DNA of 64,000 nucleotides from Eledone cirrhosa (GCA_964016885.1 OZ024746.1:9548001-9612000); one strand, 5' to 3'. Positions 1 through 14,340 are shown, counted from the first letter of the stretch. The notes: a model not told the origin generated them from the letters alone. Program-made: numbers and translations.

Positions 1-490
1 AAGCGGCTGCTACGCCGTTCCTGAACAAAAAATCCAAAATGTAAAGCCCCTTTAAGACGTGAAATAATCAGATCTAGCGTAGTATAAAATGTGAACAAAG
101 TAGGTTGATTAATGTGGGAGCTAGAGCCGAAAAAGTGGAAATTTGAGTCTAAAAGTGGTGTTTTTGAATATTTAAGCGGCTGCCACGCCGTCCCTGAACA
201 ACAAATGCAAAATATAAAGCCATTACAGGATGTGCAATGATAAATTCTATTTTGCTTTAAAATTTGAACGAAATCGGTGGCAAAATGTGGGAGCTAGAGC
301 CAAAAATCTTATTTTTATCTGCAAAATGACCCCGGAATAAAAAACAACGATACGCTGATATATAGAAAACACTCTACGTTGACTAATCTATGAGCCTGTA
401 AAGTTTCATGAAAATCGGTCGTAAGATGTAGGCCCCTATAGGTAATACACAGACACACACATACTTAATTTGATATATATATACAGATAG
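1..490 (+). mobile_element. Helentron/HINE (DINE-1-like) non-autonomous element, 3' part with about 173-bp internal tandem repeats
   Basis: AAGCGGCTGC.ACGCCGT.CCTGAACAA recurs at 1 and 174, and ATGTGGGAGCTAGAGCC also recurs. AAGTTTCATGAAAATCGG motif, then an ACAG/AC microsatellite and a TATATA..GATAG end. Confidence 0.55.
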
Positions 491-728
491 CACTACAAAA
501 TAAATTATATAGCATTACAAAATATATTCTATATATATATAAGAAAGAGAGAGAGAGTGAGTCTGTGGTGCTGAGACCAAGGAGACCACTAATCATGTGA
601 GTACTCAACACATAGGGAGATGTAGAGTCTGTAAAGAGGTATGTAAAATCCTGATGACGGCACCAAGCAGTTTCGGTTTGCTAAACACACAAGCTGAAAC
701 CGCTTGGCACCACAGTTGGGATTTTACA

Positions 729-773
<45 letters not shown>

Positions 774-894
774 AATCCCATAACTCCTGATAGTCATATG
801 GGCACTGTATTGACATACAGTGTTTCTGGGCCATTTTAAGCCTGGCAGAGCCCATCCCTCTCCAGGCCTGAATACAGCAGATTTCTTCCAGAGA

Positions 895-1057
895 AAGGAA
901 GAAATCAACCCCAGTACTAAACTGGTACTTGTTTTATCGACCTCGAAAGGATGAAATACAAGGTTGATCTCGATGGGATTTGAACTTAGAGAGCCGGAAC
1001 GAATACCATAAAGCATTCTACCCGCTGCTCTAACGACTCTGCCAATTCACTGCCCAC
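895..1057 (-). mobile_element. Diverged tRNA-derived SINE (family B)
   Basis: Reverse complement of the family B core: ACTGGTACTT..TTTATCGACC..AAGGATGAAA...GGGATTTGAACT.AGA...CTGCCAATTCACTGCC. Confidence 0.75.
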
Positions 1058-2039
1058 CCCCCACTCTCTCTCTCTCTCTCTCTCTTTATATATGTATAAT
1101 CTCACTTAACTCTTTGGTCAGTCAGCTTAACTTTTCATGACATTTTTACATTATAGAGTATTTAATGTTAGAAAATGTATACAAATAATAAAGAACAATA
1201 ACAAAAAAATAAACAGACATCTTTTTGTTATTTTTCCTCATTTATTCCTCTCCAGTTTTTACCCCTCTATTATACAGCCAATTCATATTTAGCAACGTCA
1301 AAAGGTTTCACTAAGCAACTTTTTTTTTATTAATATCTTCTTGCTTTTGAAGGTAGAACATATAATTATGAAAATAATATTTCCAAATTTTCCGATGTAT
1401 CTCTTCTGTTTTCAGTATTTGATATTTGAAAATGTATCTAGATGAAAAGCGCTTGCTTTAACAAGTCATCTTTTTGTTGGTTTTCCCTAATATGATCTCT
1501 CACCTGGTGTCTAAACCTTTATTACAGAGCCATTTTTTTTTTATTTAGAAATGTATGAAGGTAATATTAGTCATCCTTTTTATTTAACTGCATCTTGTTT
1601 TTGATGGTAGAACATATTTTGTAAATCATATTTCCCAAAGTATGATTCCCATTACACCTATGAAGACTTCTTTCATGTTTTTTCTGCACCACCTTGATAT
1701 ATTCTTTTCCCATTGGATTATTAATATTTTTATATTTAGTTTGTCACACATTTCATATTTCAGTTGCGTTTTTTTTTTGTTTTTTTTTGTTTTGCCATAA
1801 TCAGGTTGGAATTGCTGTTACCCAATAATGGCTAAATTGCTGGAATTTGGCTTTGATTTCAATTCTTTTGAGTTTAATTAATGATTCAACCCTGAATAAC
1901 TTTTGTTTTGATCATCATCATCGTCTTCACCATCATCAAAAGTCTTCTTTTTTTTGTGTGTTGTGTTTTCATTACACTACCAAAGGCAGCTCTGTATGTG
2001 CTGAGATTTTTTGATTTTGTATTTTTTATTGTATGTAAA

Positions 2040-2250
2040 TAACTCTACAAAATATGTGTACAGTGCATAGCCATACTATTTGTTGTATATTGTGTAAGTC
2101 CTAGGATTTTGGTCATGATTTTGTCAGTAATTTAATTATTCCCAATGCTCCTATTATTATTGGTATTGTTTCTCTTTCTTGTCTCCACATTCTATTTATT
2201 TCTAGTTCTACATTTTTATAGTTGTATTATTTCTCCATTTCATTTAGAGA
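2040..2250 (-). mobile_element. R4/Dong-type non-LTR retrotransposon C-terminal remnant
   Basis: Minus strand translates EMEK*YNYKNVELEINRMWRQERETIPIIIGALGIIK...QIVWLCTVHIL, matching the restriction-like endonuclease tail (EK..KY.DL.IEI.RMW....IP.IIGALG). Confidence 0.75.
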
Positions 2251-2744
2251 TCGATCAATGTCTTTTATAACTGAAATTTTGATTGAGTCATTCCTTTTAC
2301 TGATCTTCGTCAATATGTGGGTGATTAGTATTGATCTCTCCACACCCCACACAGACCCTCACCCACCTCACCAAGGCCAGCTATGTCTTTCATCCTTCTG
2401 GGGATCATTTAAAAAAATATATCAGTCATATACTGGGGTCAATGTAATTGTATTCCCACCAAAGAAACATTGCTAGCCTTGTGTCTGAATTGAAAAGCAT
2501 TAATATATTTTTCTGCATGTTTCTACTACACTACTAGGTACATTTCTGTCTTCCTTAGCTATGTGCAGCATTGTCTTTTGGGAATATAGAATTGTTTGGA
2601 TACAACATTAGTTTTGCTTTGTTGTGGAATATGTTAGTTGTGTCTGGTGTTATTCTAGTGTTTTGTTATATGTCTGGAGTATTTACAATGTGAGATATGT
2701 TTGTTGTTTGTGTTATAGTGTTGGGTATTGATTAAGCAAGAGTA

Positions 2745-2833
2745 TTATCTCTATTTCTAGATCTTTATGTTTGGATAATTTCTCCATTCCATTTAGCGTT
2801 ATATTTACGTCTGTTGGAATTGATACAGCAATT
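2745..2833 (-). mobile_element. Second R4/Dong-type endonuclease remnant
   Basis: Minus strand translates IAVSIPTDVNITLNGMEKLSKHKDLEIEI. Confidence 0.75.
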
Positions 2834-3170
2834 TGTTATTTGGTTGTATAGACACACATAACTGTAGGCAGACATAACAGTGACTTTTAATCACAGGCAT
2901 GGCTGTGTAGGTGTAATCATGGCTGTTTAGGTGCAGGCATAGTTGCCTGCATGCAGGAATGGTTGTGTGAGCACAGATATAACTAGGTAGGTGCAGGCAT
3001 ACATAGAGGAGTGCTAATATAGAGGGACAGATGCAGTCAGAACTATGTGGTTAAAATGTTTGCTTTGCAACCATATCGTTTTGGGTTTGGACACACAGTA
3101 ATATCTTCTCTTATACCTTTGAGTTGACTAATGCCATGTGATATATATATATATATAAAATTATTAATAT

Positions 3171-3504
3171 CATCATCATCATTTTAGGTCCGCTTTTCCC
3201 TGCTTGCAAGGGTGGGATGGGAACTGATTCTGGCTTGATTTCTACAGCTGGATGCCCTTCCTAACACCAACCTCATTTACTCTGAGTGCTGGGTGCTTTT
3301 TTTGCCGTGGCACCTCTACGACCACTTTGCAGTGGAATGATAGGGACCCCAGTCCTATCATCTCATTTCTACAGCTGAGTAAACTGGAGCAATGTGAAAT
3401 AAAGTGTCTTGCTCAAGGAAACAACACATCACCCGGTCTGAGAATTGAACTCACAACCTTTCGATTGCAAGCCCAATGCTCTAACCACTAAGCCATGTGT
3501 CTCC
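3171..3504 (-). mobile_element. tRNA-derived SINE family A, full length (short variant)
   Basis: A box TGGCTTAGTGG, B box GAGTTCAATTC, CORE-like CCTTGAGCAAGACACTT, RTE-derived 3' end and (GAT)n tail; near-identical to 39651-39993. Confidence 0.92.
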
Positions 3505-3921
3505 ATATATATATATATGGTTGGTGAGGACGATGATTTCTGGTCACACTGCAGGAGGGAAAACAAAACGCTTCAAAGGTTGGAGGAACTTAGGAGAGTC
3601 AATGTCCTTTCAATAGTGTATAAAACAAAAAACAAAAACAGGAAGACAGAGCTTGTTAGCTTTGGTAGGAAATATATCTAGGACAAAGATCACTCTATTG
3701 TTAGCTCTATTGAACCAGACAGACAAAATGATGTTAGTTTAACTTATATAAAGATCTCCCTACCATGGTTTCGTTTGTGGAAGAAACAATTTGTTGGAAA
3801 TACCCACAATACTCTTCAGAGGAGTGTATTCTTCAAAACTAAGAGTCTATATCAATCATGAAAATTATACATATGGTTTCAATTGCTGAGGCAGCATGCT
3901 GTCCAAAGCACTTTGTGACTC

Positions 3922-4096
3922 TCTCATCTCTGAGCTACACACTTTATCGCGTAACCTTACTCCAAAGACCCTTCAGAGAAATCCCATTTCGGTCGTTTGT
4001 ATTGGCAATCGTAATTATTTGATCATTACCCAAAATTCATGACCATAGTTAAGGGTTGGCACGAAAACCAAATTGAAGATAGCAAGTTTGGCTTTT
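3922..4096 (-). mobile_element. RTE-clade (Expander/Rex3-like) LINE fragment
   Basis: Minus strand translates KAKLAIFNLVFVPTLNYGHEFWVMIK*LRLPIQTTEMGFL*RVFGVRLRDKVCSSEMRE, the post-RT region of RTE elements. Confidence 0.8.
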
Positions 4097-5288
4097 ACGT
4101 CTGATTACTGAATGCTGAAGCTGGCACATTACAGCACCATGCTTTGTGGCATTAAGTTACAGCTCTTTATGTTTGGTTTCAAAATCTCTCTGAGGTTAGC
4201 TTTGCCTTACATCCTTACGGGGTTGATAAAATAAAGTACCAGTTTATATATATATACATATACTTATATATATTATCATCATACATTTTCCATGTTAGCA
4301 TATATATATGCTATATATATGTGTGTGTGTGTGTTACATTTTAATATTTTATAGCTTTTTATATTCTATATAAATGTCTCCCTTAGAAATTTGCACAACA
4401 TAGAATCACTTTTTATGTTTTCTTCAAGAGTATATTCCTTTGTCCAGTATTTTGACAGAACACTCTACTACAAATAATAAATGTACTCATTTTTACTTGA
4501 GACAAGTCATTGTCTATCTAATGTCTTTAATTATAATTCTCCATTGTCAGTGTATTGCATTAAGTAACAATAGCCTTCACTGCCATGTTCTTTATAATAT
4601 CTGTTAATATAATTGTAATAAATGGTACAATCTTTTCTCCTGTTTTGCTTTCTCAACTCGAAAGTTTTTGTTTTTTTCTCTCAGTTATTCAGAATGGCCA
4701 ATGACCTGATAATACTTATTCATTTGTTAATCCCATGGACATATCTGTTAGAGAGGAGTTGTCATAACACTATCTTGAGATTCATGCTGCTCTGGAAATA
4801 TATCGTCATATTAGATTGCTATAATGGCAAAGATCAGTATTTATTATTGCTTTAAGATAAATAAATTTAGAACTACACAAATAGATGCAAAACAACACTA
4901 GGGGTGAACTAAACCGAGATCAATGAGATGGTTATAGTGTAAAGCCAATGTTACTGTTTATGATTTCCTTTAAGAGAAAGTCAGAAGTCCTCACAAAAGG
5001 ATTCCAACTAAAAGTTTCTCTTCCTTTTTATCTTTTTAGATTTATGTTTCCATATAAACTTTCCTGTCAATATAGCTAATTGGAAAAGAACATTTTGTTT
5101 TTCAAATTTACACTTTCTCTTATGATATAGTATTATATTTTTTAGAGTTGTCCTTTCACAGTTATAACTTCAATTCTGTAAAAAAAGAAAAACATTTTTA
5201 CATACCTTTAATACCCTAAAAGGTTATATTGATTATTTTTGGTTCACAGAAACATATATTATACAATATCTGTTCCACATTGCTGAAA

Positions 5289-5348
<60 letters not shown>

Positions 5349-6061
5349 TTAGCATCTGACATACTTTGGTTTCCTAAACTGCTGTTTACTAGAAGTGAGT
5401 ATCCAATAATATATAGCTTTTGGTCAGTTTTTATAAATAATTCAAACAAACGTCTGTTTTGTGAGAAGATTTCCCTTTATATAAGTTCATATGCGAGATC
5501 AAGTAAGGAAATAAAAATATAAAGTTTTATAAGCGTACATACTTACTTTTGAATACACTCATATAAAATATCATCAATTTTTGATACACATTTTTGATGT
5601 TTTCCTGAACAGCTCTGGTGGTTTCTTATCCACTAATGCCACTTACCTAAGAATTTCTTAACCTTTCCATTAAAATATACTCTGTTAGGTTTGGCAAAAA
5701 AAAGCACAAGTTTCTAGAAATGTTTCATGCATTGTGATACAGATTTTGGTGTAAGAAAAATCTGACAATATATACTTGGTTTCATTGATAAAATGAGTTG
5801 ATTCAGTAGTCTTTCTAACAGCAAATATTCAGATTACACATGTTCTGATTCACATAGCTATTAATTTCATTCCTAAAGTTGGGGCAGTTTTTCCATTTTC
5901 TCATCTCAGTGCATATCCTTCACTGATATACATCAACAAAATATATACACATATACACATATCCAGATTTATATAAATCTTCAACACCATTGTCATTTAA
6001 TGTAAATTTCCCCTGCTAGCATATAACACACCACACACACACATACACACCCCGTTGCTGT

Positions 6062-6250
6062 CACACCGCCATCACCACCATCATCATCATCACCATCACC
6101 ACCACCACCACCACCACCATTATAACCACCATCATCATCACCACCATTATCAGCACCATCATCATCACCTCCACCACCACCATCACCACCACCATCACCA
6201 CCACCACCATCATCACCACCACCACCACCACCATCACCATCACCACCATC
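6062..6250. repeat. (CAC/CAT)n trinucleotide tract; expanded 3' tail of the adjacent RTE copy
   Basis: About 190 bp of CAC/CAT triplets contiguous with the RTE terminus CGTTTTTTACGTCC. Confidence 0.9.
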
Positions 6251-6795
6251 GTTTTTTACGTCCATTCTTCCATGCTAGCATGGGTTAGACGGGTTGTCCT
6301 GTTGTGGTTTGATTTCTACAGCTGGATGCTCTTCCTAACACCAACCTCATTTACAATGAGTGCTGGGTGCTTTTTTCCGTGGCACCTACACGACCACTTT
6401 ACAGTGTCGGCTGGGTGGTTTTTTGCTGTGGCACCTTCATGACCACGTTGCAGTGGGGGCATATTATCTATAGGCTTCAGCTTTGGCTTGTACCCATGGG
6501 AAGTTGAGTCTTCTGTATTACTGCTTGATGCCAGAGGTCACAGTCCTGCGTCATCACCTTTGAGAGGTGAAATTGGGTATGGTCGGCTTTTATCCCCTCA
6601 TCCCAGGTCTCCTTTGGTCTCCCCACTCCACGGCTTCGATTGACTTCTAGTGCTCTGCATCTTTTTATGCAGCTGTCATCCTTCATACACATCACATGTC
6701 CATACCAATGCAACCTCCTCTTCTGCACACAGCATTTGATTCCTCTTATGCACAGTCTCTCTCTCAATTCGTTTATTCTTTGCCGTTCATGTATA
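6240..6795 (-). mobile_element. 5'-truncated RTE LINE (ORF C-terminus plus 3' UTR)
   Basis: ORF 6477-6863 contains ELRERLCIRGI...RRLHWYGHVMCM...RGVGRPKETWDE; 3' UTR shared with 49341-49800 and 55237-55705. Confidence 0.9.
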
Positions 6796-8331
6796 GCAAT
6801 ATTCTTTGACCAAACAGACCTACCACACTTTTCCATTTTCTTTCCTACATATAGAATATTCAAAGCATCATTGAAGCACTAAAAATGTCACATGTGTTAT
6901 CTTGTAAAATTAAGTAATAGGAAGTTACATTCAAATCACTTTAGTTTAATGTAGAATGTTGGTCAAAAATTGAGCATTGAGAAAGGTTCAACATCCTTTG
7001 GAATGCTTTCATATATAAACAGATTCAATAACAACAAAAACAATGTTAAATGAAGTTATTTATGATCAATAAGAAATGACAAATTTTATGTACACTCCAA
7101 GCAAGTCTTTTAGCAATGGTGAGTTATTAAGTGTGAGTGTTTGCATTCTAAATTAAATTTATTGATAAGATACATTCTCAGCATGTTCTCCCATAATGTT
7201 GTCATTCAGTGATTGGCCCATTGAAACCCTATAACAAACAATATTATTGTTCACAAATGCATGGTATAAAAAATATTCCTTTAAAGTTATTTGATCATAG
7301 TGTGCTGATTGAGAGCTATCAATGATACAACTGAATACATCACTTGCAGAAATGTTATTCAGAATTGGAAAATATGTGAAATGATACGGATTAATCAATA
7401 AAGGTGTAAAATATTCCAGTTATTTTCTATCTTAATACCAGAATTTGGTGTAATGATTCCCATCTATCTTGTGTCTCAATCAATGTTTCTGTTTCATAAG
7501 TGTAGAGTTGAACTAGTTTGTGCTTTATTTTCATTTCAATAAAATAGAGCTATCAATGATATTGTTTACAGAAATGGCTGTTTACATTTGTTTAAGATTT
7601 TTAGCAAAGGAAAAGCTTTACTCTCATTTATTAACCCCAGATTTTGCACCCATTATTTTAATCAATATAGCTCAAAACGTTTATTTTAATGAATTTTGTA
7701 TGTCTTTTTACAAAATTCAGATATACTGATTTGTTTATTGAAGTATGATTCATGACCAAAGCAAAATAAAATTAGTCTACAGAACACAGTCTTTGAAGAT
7801 ATCTGGAATTGAAAGCTATGTCTAAAAGTTCCATTATGTCTCCCTCTGTTGCATCAAAATATTTTGAGCTCATATTTTTCCTCTACCAAGTACTCCACCC
7901 ACATTTTCTCAGCACTGCTAAAGTCATTTGGTGTCTTCCCATAATCAGTTTTCTTTTCTTGCATCACTCTATTGAGGAAGTGGGTAGACCCTTAAGAATT
8001 AGGTTAGTTAATAATCTACCTTACTAATATGATGACAGTTCTTTCACTCATATATGTTCTGCCCTTCCTTGGTGATGATAAAATTCGATGTTTGGGGAGA
8101 ACACTTGCCTATTTTCTGACTCAAAACTAAAAATGCATGAACCTATTCATTCACACAAACACATACAAACATACAAACACACCGAAAGGTATGTGCATGC
8201 TTAAAAAAGTAGCTCTGAAGCAACTTTGAAACATATTTAGCTTGTTAATCAAGTACTATATGATGACACATTCTAACTCTTGATATGTTGAGTTCCCTCC
8301 CTCATTTATATATTCAAAGTGCAATAGTTTA

Positions 8332-8394
<63 letters not shown>

Positions 8395-8429
8395 ACACAC
8401 ACACACACACACACATGCAATATTTATAT

Positions 8430-8651
8430 TGACTCCCCAAATCTGAAGGAGAAGCTCAGGGGATATCCCCTTTGAGGATGTCAAGGAAATGAAAGAGGCT
8501 GTGACTTTAGAGGACTACAAGGGGACATTCCAGAAGTGGTGGGAGTGCTACAAGATCATTGAAGTTAGAGGATCCTATGTTGAGGGAGGCTAGAGATTTG
8601 TGTTGATCTGAGTTAAATAAAAGTCTCAAAACCTCTTGAGTGTACTTCGTA
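8430..8651 (+). mobile_element. Mariner transposon 3' remnant
   Basis: Frameshifted PNLKEKLRG..FEDVKEMKEAV...FQKWWECY...IEVRGSYVEG* resembles a mariner transposase C-terminus; ends ...CTTCGTA. Confidence 0.7.
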
Positions 8652-9647
8652 TACTTATGTATGTATATATGTATATATGTGTATATATATATATGTGTGG
8701 GGACATAGAAATAGTCGGGCTGGATGCCCGATCGCGTGGTTAAACCACTGGGAGTTAAGGACCCCTAGCCTTTGTCAGGGCATTCTCCTAGGAGAAGGCA
8801 ACTCAGGAAACTTGGATAACTCCGACATAAAACCTGCGACTCAGTAGTTACCGATGATGTTGATCTTTTTTTCTTTTCGAGTTATAGCTACTGTCGCTCA
8901 GAGAGTGGGATTGGCTCAGTGCACAATCTTTCCTCACTTTAAAAAAAATCTTCACGCACAGGCATTGCACGATAGAATTAATTAATAATTATTAATAATG
9001 TTATATCTTGCAATGGCCATACTCAATAACGAGGGAGCAGCCATCATCATCATGTATATATGTGTGTGTGTGTGTGTGTGTGTATACTTGTATGTATATA
9101 TATATATATAACATTTTGATTGATCAGGGATTTCAAGACAAGAAACAGGTAGCGATGTACCCATGCTAGTCAACATAGCAATATACTATGATCAATCAAC
9201 CCTCTAAATTGATTGTAAACAATGAACTACCTATTTCTGTCTTTTGTTTTATTTTCATTGTTCAATACACCCACATATATATGGAAGAGATTGAGATCTA
9301 TAACAGCAATTAAACAGAAACATATCTTGATTTTGCTGCCAGCAGAGTTTCTAGACGACCAACAGGCCGTTGTTCCACCCATTACATCACAACTTGCTGC
9401 CAACTCCTTTAGACACATGGATTTAGGTTTAGTCTCACTCTAAGGAGAATTACCTTGGAAAAGTGTCCTCTCTTATAACCTTCGGATCCCTATATATATG
9501 TGAGGGAAATTGTGTAAGGTGGAAAATGTATGGAAGCCCATCATATATATGTTTTGGTTACATGTGCATTTCTGTGTGTATGATTATAGATATAGTGTTT
9601 ATGTGTTTGTGTGTGTGTATATATATATGTGTATATATATATATATA

Positions 9648-9723
<76 letters not shown>

Positions 9724-9796
9724 AAACTGGAACGGGAACAGAGTGGCAGTACAAACAAAGGTTTATTAGTTTCACGCTCTTATATATATATATATA

Positions 9797-9872
<76 letters not shown>

Positions 9873-10091
9873 CTGTGTCTGTGTTTAAGTTGGATGTTTG
9901 TTTATGTTCAGTAACATTGCAGTTTGAGCAAAAGAATTTGACAAAATAAGTATTGGCACTGATCTACTAAATTCCTTCAATGTAGTGCCCCAGCATGGCC
10001 GTAGTCCTCTAATGACTGAAACCATTAATGGAATAAAAGCATATATATATTTTTCATGTACACATACACACACAAATTATATATGTGTGTG

Positions 10092-10123
<32 letters not shown>

Positions 10124-10126
10124 CAC

Positions 10127-10157
<31 letters not shown>

Positions 10158-11179
10158 CACTATATATATATATATATATGTATACACACATATATATATA
10201 CAGACACATTCATATACACACACACATGAAACGGATACTTTGTGATGAAATTCCAACCTGATTCTTAATGCAAAACATGAAAAATAAAATTAGTGAAAGC
10301 AATATAAAACCTAAATAAATCGTAATTAACTCCCATTCCCATTAAAAAAGGAAAGAGATAAATTCTTTCTATATTTGTTTTATTTTATATTCATTATACA
10401 CGTCTTTTAATTGTATTTCATTTTTGTTTTTATTTTTAATTTATTTTAGAAAGAAATTTACAATTTCAAAATGGCTGACTGTCTTCATTTTTCAACTTCC
10501 GTAGACATTATAAGGAAATAGCAAATAAACTAGATCTTTAGTAGCTTTCATTCTGAACGGCAACATTGATGCCACAGAACAGTCAACGACAAGAACATAA
10601 AATAGAATTTAAAAAAAAAACAAGAGCTAAGATATTGACAAGAGTTACCTGCCATACTTGACTGCTGAGAGCTTAAACTAGAAAATACTGAAATCATTTG
10701 CTATTTCCTTATACTGACGGCGGAAGTTGAAAGAGAAAAGACACCATATTCAGATAATATGAGAAAATGGGATAGAAAGAGAGAAGAGCGGGATAGAGAG
10801 GAGGAGAGAGAAGTTGCAAAGAAGCTTGCTTACCATATTGGAATTTTGATGAACAAAACCGAGTTTTAAATGGTTGGTGTTTAAGCATTGTAGAATAACT
10901 AAAAACCTAATAAATTGGGTGTCTATTTAGAAGACAATTTGCATACATGAGGTCAGGAAAGAATTTCAACTCAACAGGCAAAAACATTACTCTAATGTAC
11001 TAAGTGTTAGATAATATATTACTGCAATTAAATATTTCGATTAATTAATAAATGAATATATATGAGGATAAGTCAATTATCCACACTTTTGCCATAACAT
11101 ACCTTTAGGGTTGTCACACTGCCTTCTGCTCATGCACACTTACAGTTGATACTATTGTAGTCACATGATGGTAGTTTGA

Positions 11180-11362
11180 GCATGAGCTGCTGTTACAGTG
11201 TAGGTCGCTCTGCTAGGCAGTGGAGACAAAGGAGGAACAAAGATCAGTGATCTGGTTCCTCTTGTGTGTCACGGACTGAAATACATCGGAGGCGACAATG
11301 GACTACAGCGTAGAAGTGTGTATGAGTGGATTTAGAAGTTTAAAAGTGGCTGGACAAACATA
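11180..11362 (+). mobile_element. Mariner transposase N-terminal (HTH) remnant
   Basis: TKEEQRSVIWFL...EIHRR...LQRRSVYEWI*KFKSGWT. Confidence 0.72.
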
Positions 11363-11405
11363 TCTCTTGGATTTCATCATCCAAACACTTCAATAAATTG
11401 TAAAT

Positions 11406-11620
11406 TTAACCCTTTAGCATTTACATTACTCTTTATATACTATGGCATTTGTGTGGTAAAGGCTTTATCATGCATAATTGCATCACATGATATCGAATCT
11501 ATGAGATTTTTATGTTATTTTGAGAGCGATATCTTAACATCAGTATGAGTAGCCAGTTATAGCCTGCTTGAACAGAAAGGGTTGCGAGAATCCTGGCCGG
11601 TTTAAATTCTAAAGAGTTAA
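11406..11620. mobile_element. TTAA-flanked MITE (piggyBac/Kolobok-like)
   Basis: Begins TTAACCCTTTAG and ends CTAAAAGAGTTAA; related elements at about 41514-41722, 42147-42386 and 19997-20254. Confidence 0.55.
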
Positions 11621-12455
11621 TACACATATGTTAGAATATGTGAAGAGATTTATGTTTGTATTATCGAATAGATAAGTTTGTTTATTACATTCCCATTGCA
11701 TTGGTATATTTATATATATATCTCGAAACTGGTGCAGCTAGACACTTATTTAGTCAGTCACTGACATTGATCTCTATTCTCTGCCATGCGTAGAAGGGTC
11801 TCAGCTGTGCCCTGAAGGATGGTTTTGGATAAGGAGTTGTGGTGGGATATATATCACTAGGAGTGGTTCCTGTCTTCCAGCATATATATATATATAATCA
11901 TAATTTAGAAGTCGAATTTTTAATTTAATTTATGTGGTCAACTATAACATGAATATTGCTTCTAGTGGGTATAAATATACAATACAGTTCAAAATAGTGT
12001 ATCTCTTAGTAGAAGCTTAAATGTGCTCTAAGTGAATAAAAACAAACCAATGAAATACAACAATAATGGTGACTAATTTAGGCACAAGACCAACAAACTT
12101 GTGATTATGGAGAGTCGATTACAACGACTGCAGTGTATATGTCTGGTAGTTTATTTTATTGATCTCACAAAGTTGAACTTGGAATGTCAACTGCTAGAAC
12201 AAATACTGCGAAGCATTTAGTCTAATGATTCTTCCAATCCGTAATAACATTTCTACACATCAAAATATGCTTCCTACAACTGAAATGCATAAATAATGTA
12301 ACATACCTCTTATTAGTAATTTCAGTTATGTACACCAAAACATTATAGCTTTGTAAAAAATAATTCCCTCATCATAGCATTCATGATCAGGATAATAACC
12401 TTCATTCACAAATATTCATCCGTTGTTTATGAAAAGCTAAGATCAACTTTTACAT

Positions 12456-12526
<71 letters not shown>

Positions 12527-13071
12527 TACATATATATATATTGTCTATGGTGCAATGACCAGGAAAACCCTGATTTAGAGTAGTATTCGATGTAAAGTGG
12601 GATATATATATATTATAAGGAGTATTGATCCGACAGCTGAGCTCTTGACATTTCAAGGGCTAGTTCCATATATATGTATATGGAAAAAATGACCAACAAA
12701 GCAAACAACACAATATACCGAAGAAATTGGTGCCCCGCCGAAAAGTGCCCAGTACTCACTGTAAATCAGTCAATTCAGTGCCACAACAAAGACTATCCAA
12801 TCTACACTGTGAAGTGGTCGTTTTGGTGCCCAGTCCACACTCTAAATGTGGTTGACATTAGAAAGGGCATCTAGCTGTAGAAACTAAGCCAGAAACAGTC
12901 TGTATGAGCAAGAGATGGTCATCTAATCTGACATGTCTCACAACAGGACAACTCATCTAACATGCTAGCTTGAAAAAATGGACATTAAACAATGATGACT
13001 ATATATGTGTGTGTACATATGCTCTGAGACATGAATATATAAATACATATGTAAACACACACACACACACA

Positions 13072-13120
<49 letters not shown>

Positions 13121-14009
13121 GGTATTCCTCTTCATTGCTAGAAAATGCTTTATTCTGTTAAAGCCTTTTGCAATGTTGAACAAAAGATCAGATTTTATGA
13201 ATTCTACCTCCATAATTGATTTTCCATAGCTTGAATGATTGCTGTATAATTAAAAAAAAACACCCATTCATTCAATAATATGGAAACTTCATCAACATGA
13301 GCCATTTCCTTTGCTTACATGTATAACTGCTACACATATGGTATTGAATCGATGGAAATATAATGTTCTGATTATTACAATGTATAGGTTAATATGCGAT
13401 GAATTTGTAATATATTTAGCATCCCATCAAATGTTGATGCACTGCTGAGTAATCCTATGTTGATGTATGTGCAAATATGTTTGCTAATATATGGTCATAT
13501 GCTTCTCTAGTTCAGTTATTTGAAACATGAGTAATGTGAAACTCTGAAGTAGAATTGAAGAAAATTCAACTCATAAAATATACAGGCTTGGCTTTATTTA
13601 TTGAGCACATATTTCCCTGTTTACATACACAAAAGTTCACTAACCATACATATATATATATGTGTGTATATATGTGTTTATATGTATGTATGTGTGTTTA
13701 TATGAATGTATGTATGTTTGTGTATATGTATGTATATATGTGTGTATATGTGTGTATACGTATGTATATATATGTGTATATATGTATGCATGTATATATG
13801 TGTGAGTGAGTACATGTATATATACATGTATATAAATGCATATATGCTTGTATGTGCATAAATATATATGTATATATATATATGTTTGTGCAAAATGTGG
13901 TGTTGCATTGCAGTGAAACATGTGCAGTAAGCTGTAAATGCAGAAGATATGCAACGGCTAGAGTGAAATGAATTCAGAATGCTGTAATAGTTGTGTGATG
14001 TCTGTGTGC

Positions 14010-14340
14010 AGGAATGACGAAGCATGGATAATCTGAGAGAGGAATCAAATGAGAAATCAAATGTAGTGTGCAAGAAAGGACATTTTACCATTGTGTGGCC
14101 ATGAAATGTGCATAAAGAATGATTGTTGGATGAAGTGCCAGGAGCTCTCTATGGCAGGAAGTTGCAGTAGAGGAAGGCCAAGGAAAAGCTGGGCAGAAAT
14201 GGTGAAAGCAGATATTATAATGTTGAACCTCACAAAGATGATGACAATAAAATGCAATGTGTAGATAGATACTGTGGGAGAAAAGACTCATCCAGCCCAT
14301 GCAAGCATGGGCTGGATGAGTCTAAAAACGATGATGATGA
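14010..14340 (+). mobile_element. Old, diverged RTE LINE 3' end
   Basis: Decayed ...GHEMCIKNDCWMKC...GSCSRGRPRKSWAEMVKAD..., ending CCATGCAAGCATGG...AAACGATGATGA. Confidence 0.75.

Noticed and set aside
3252-3491. Recurrent ORF MPFLTPTSF...LEQCEIKCLAQG (several copies)
   Set aside because: Antisense translation of SINE family A, not a protein family.
5913-5920. ATATCCTT as the U12 5' splice site partner
   Set aside because: The preceding sequence does not encode the expected Cav3 ...WCL....NP and does not end in CC; likely a chance match.
5993-6288. Poly-His, poly-Gly/Asp and poly-Val ORFs
   Set aside because: Translations of the (CAC/CAT)n tail of an RTE copy.
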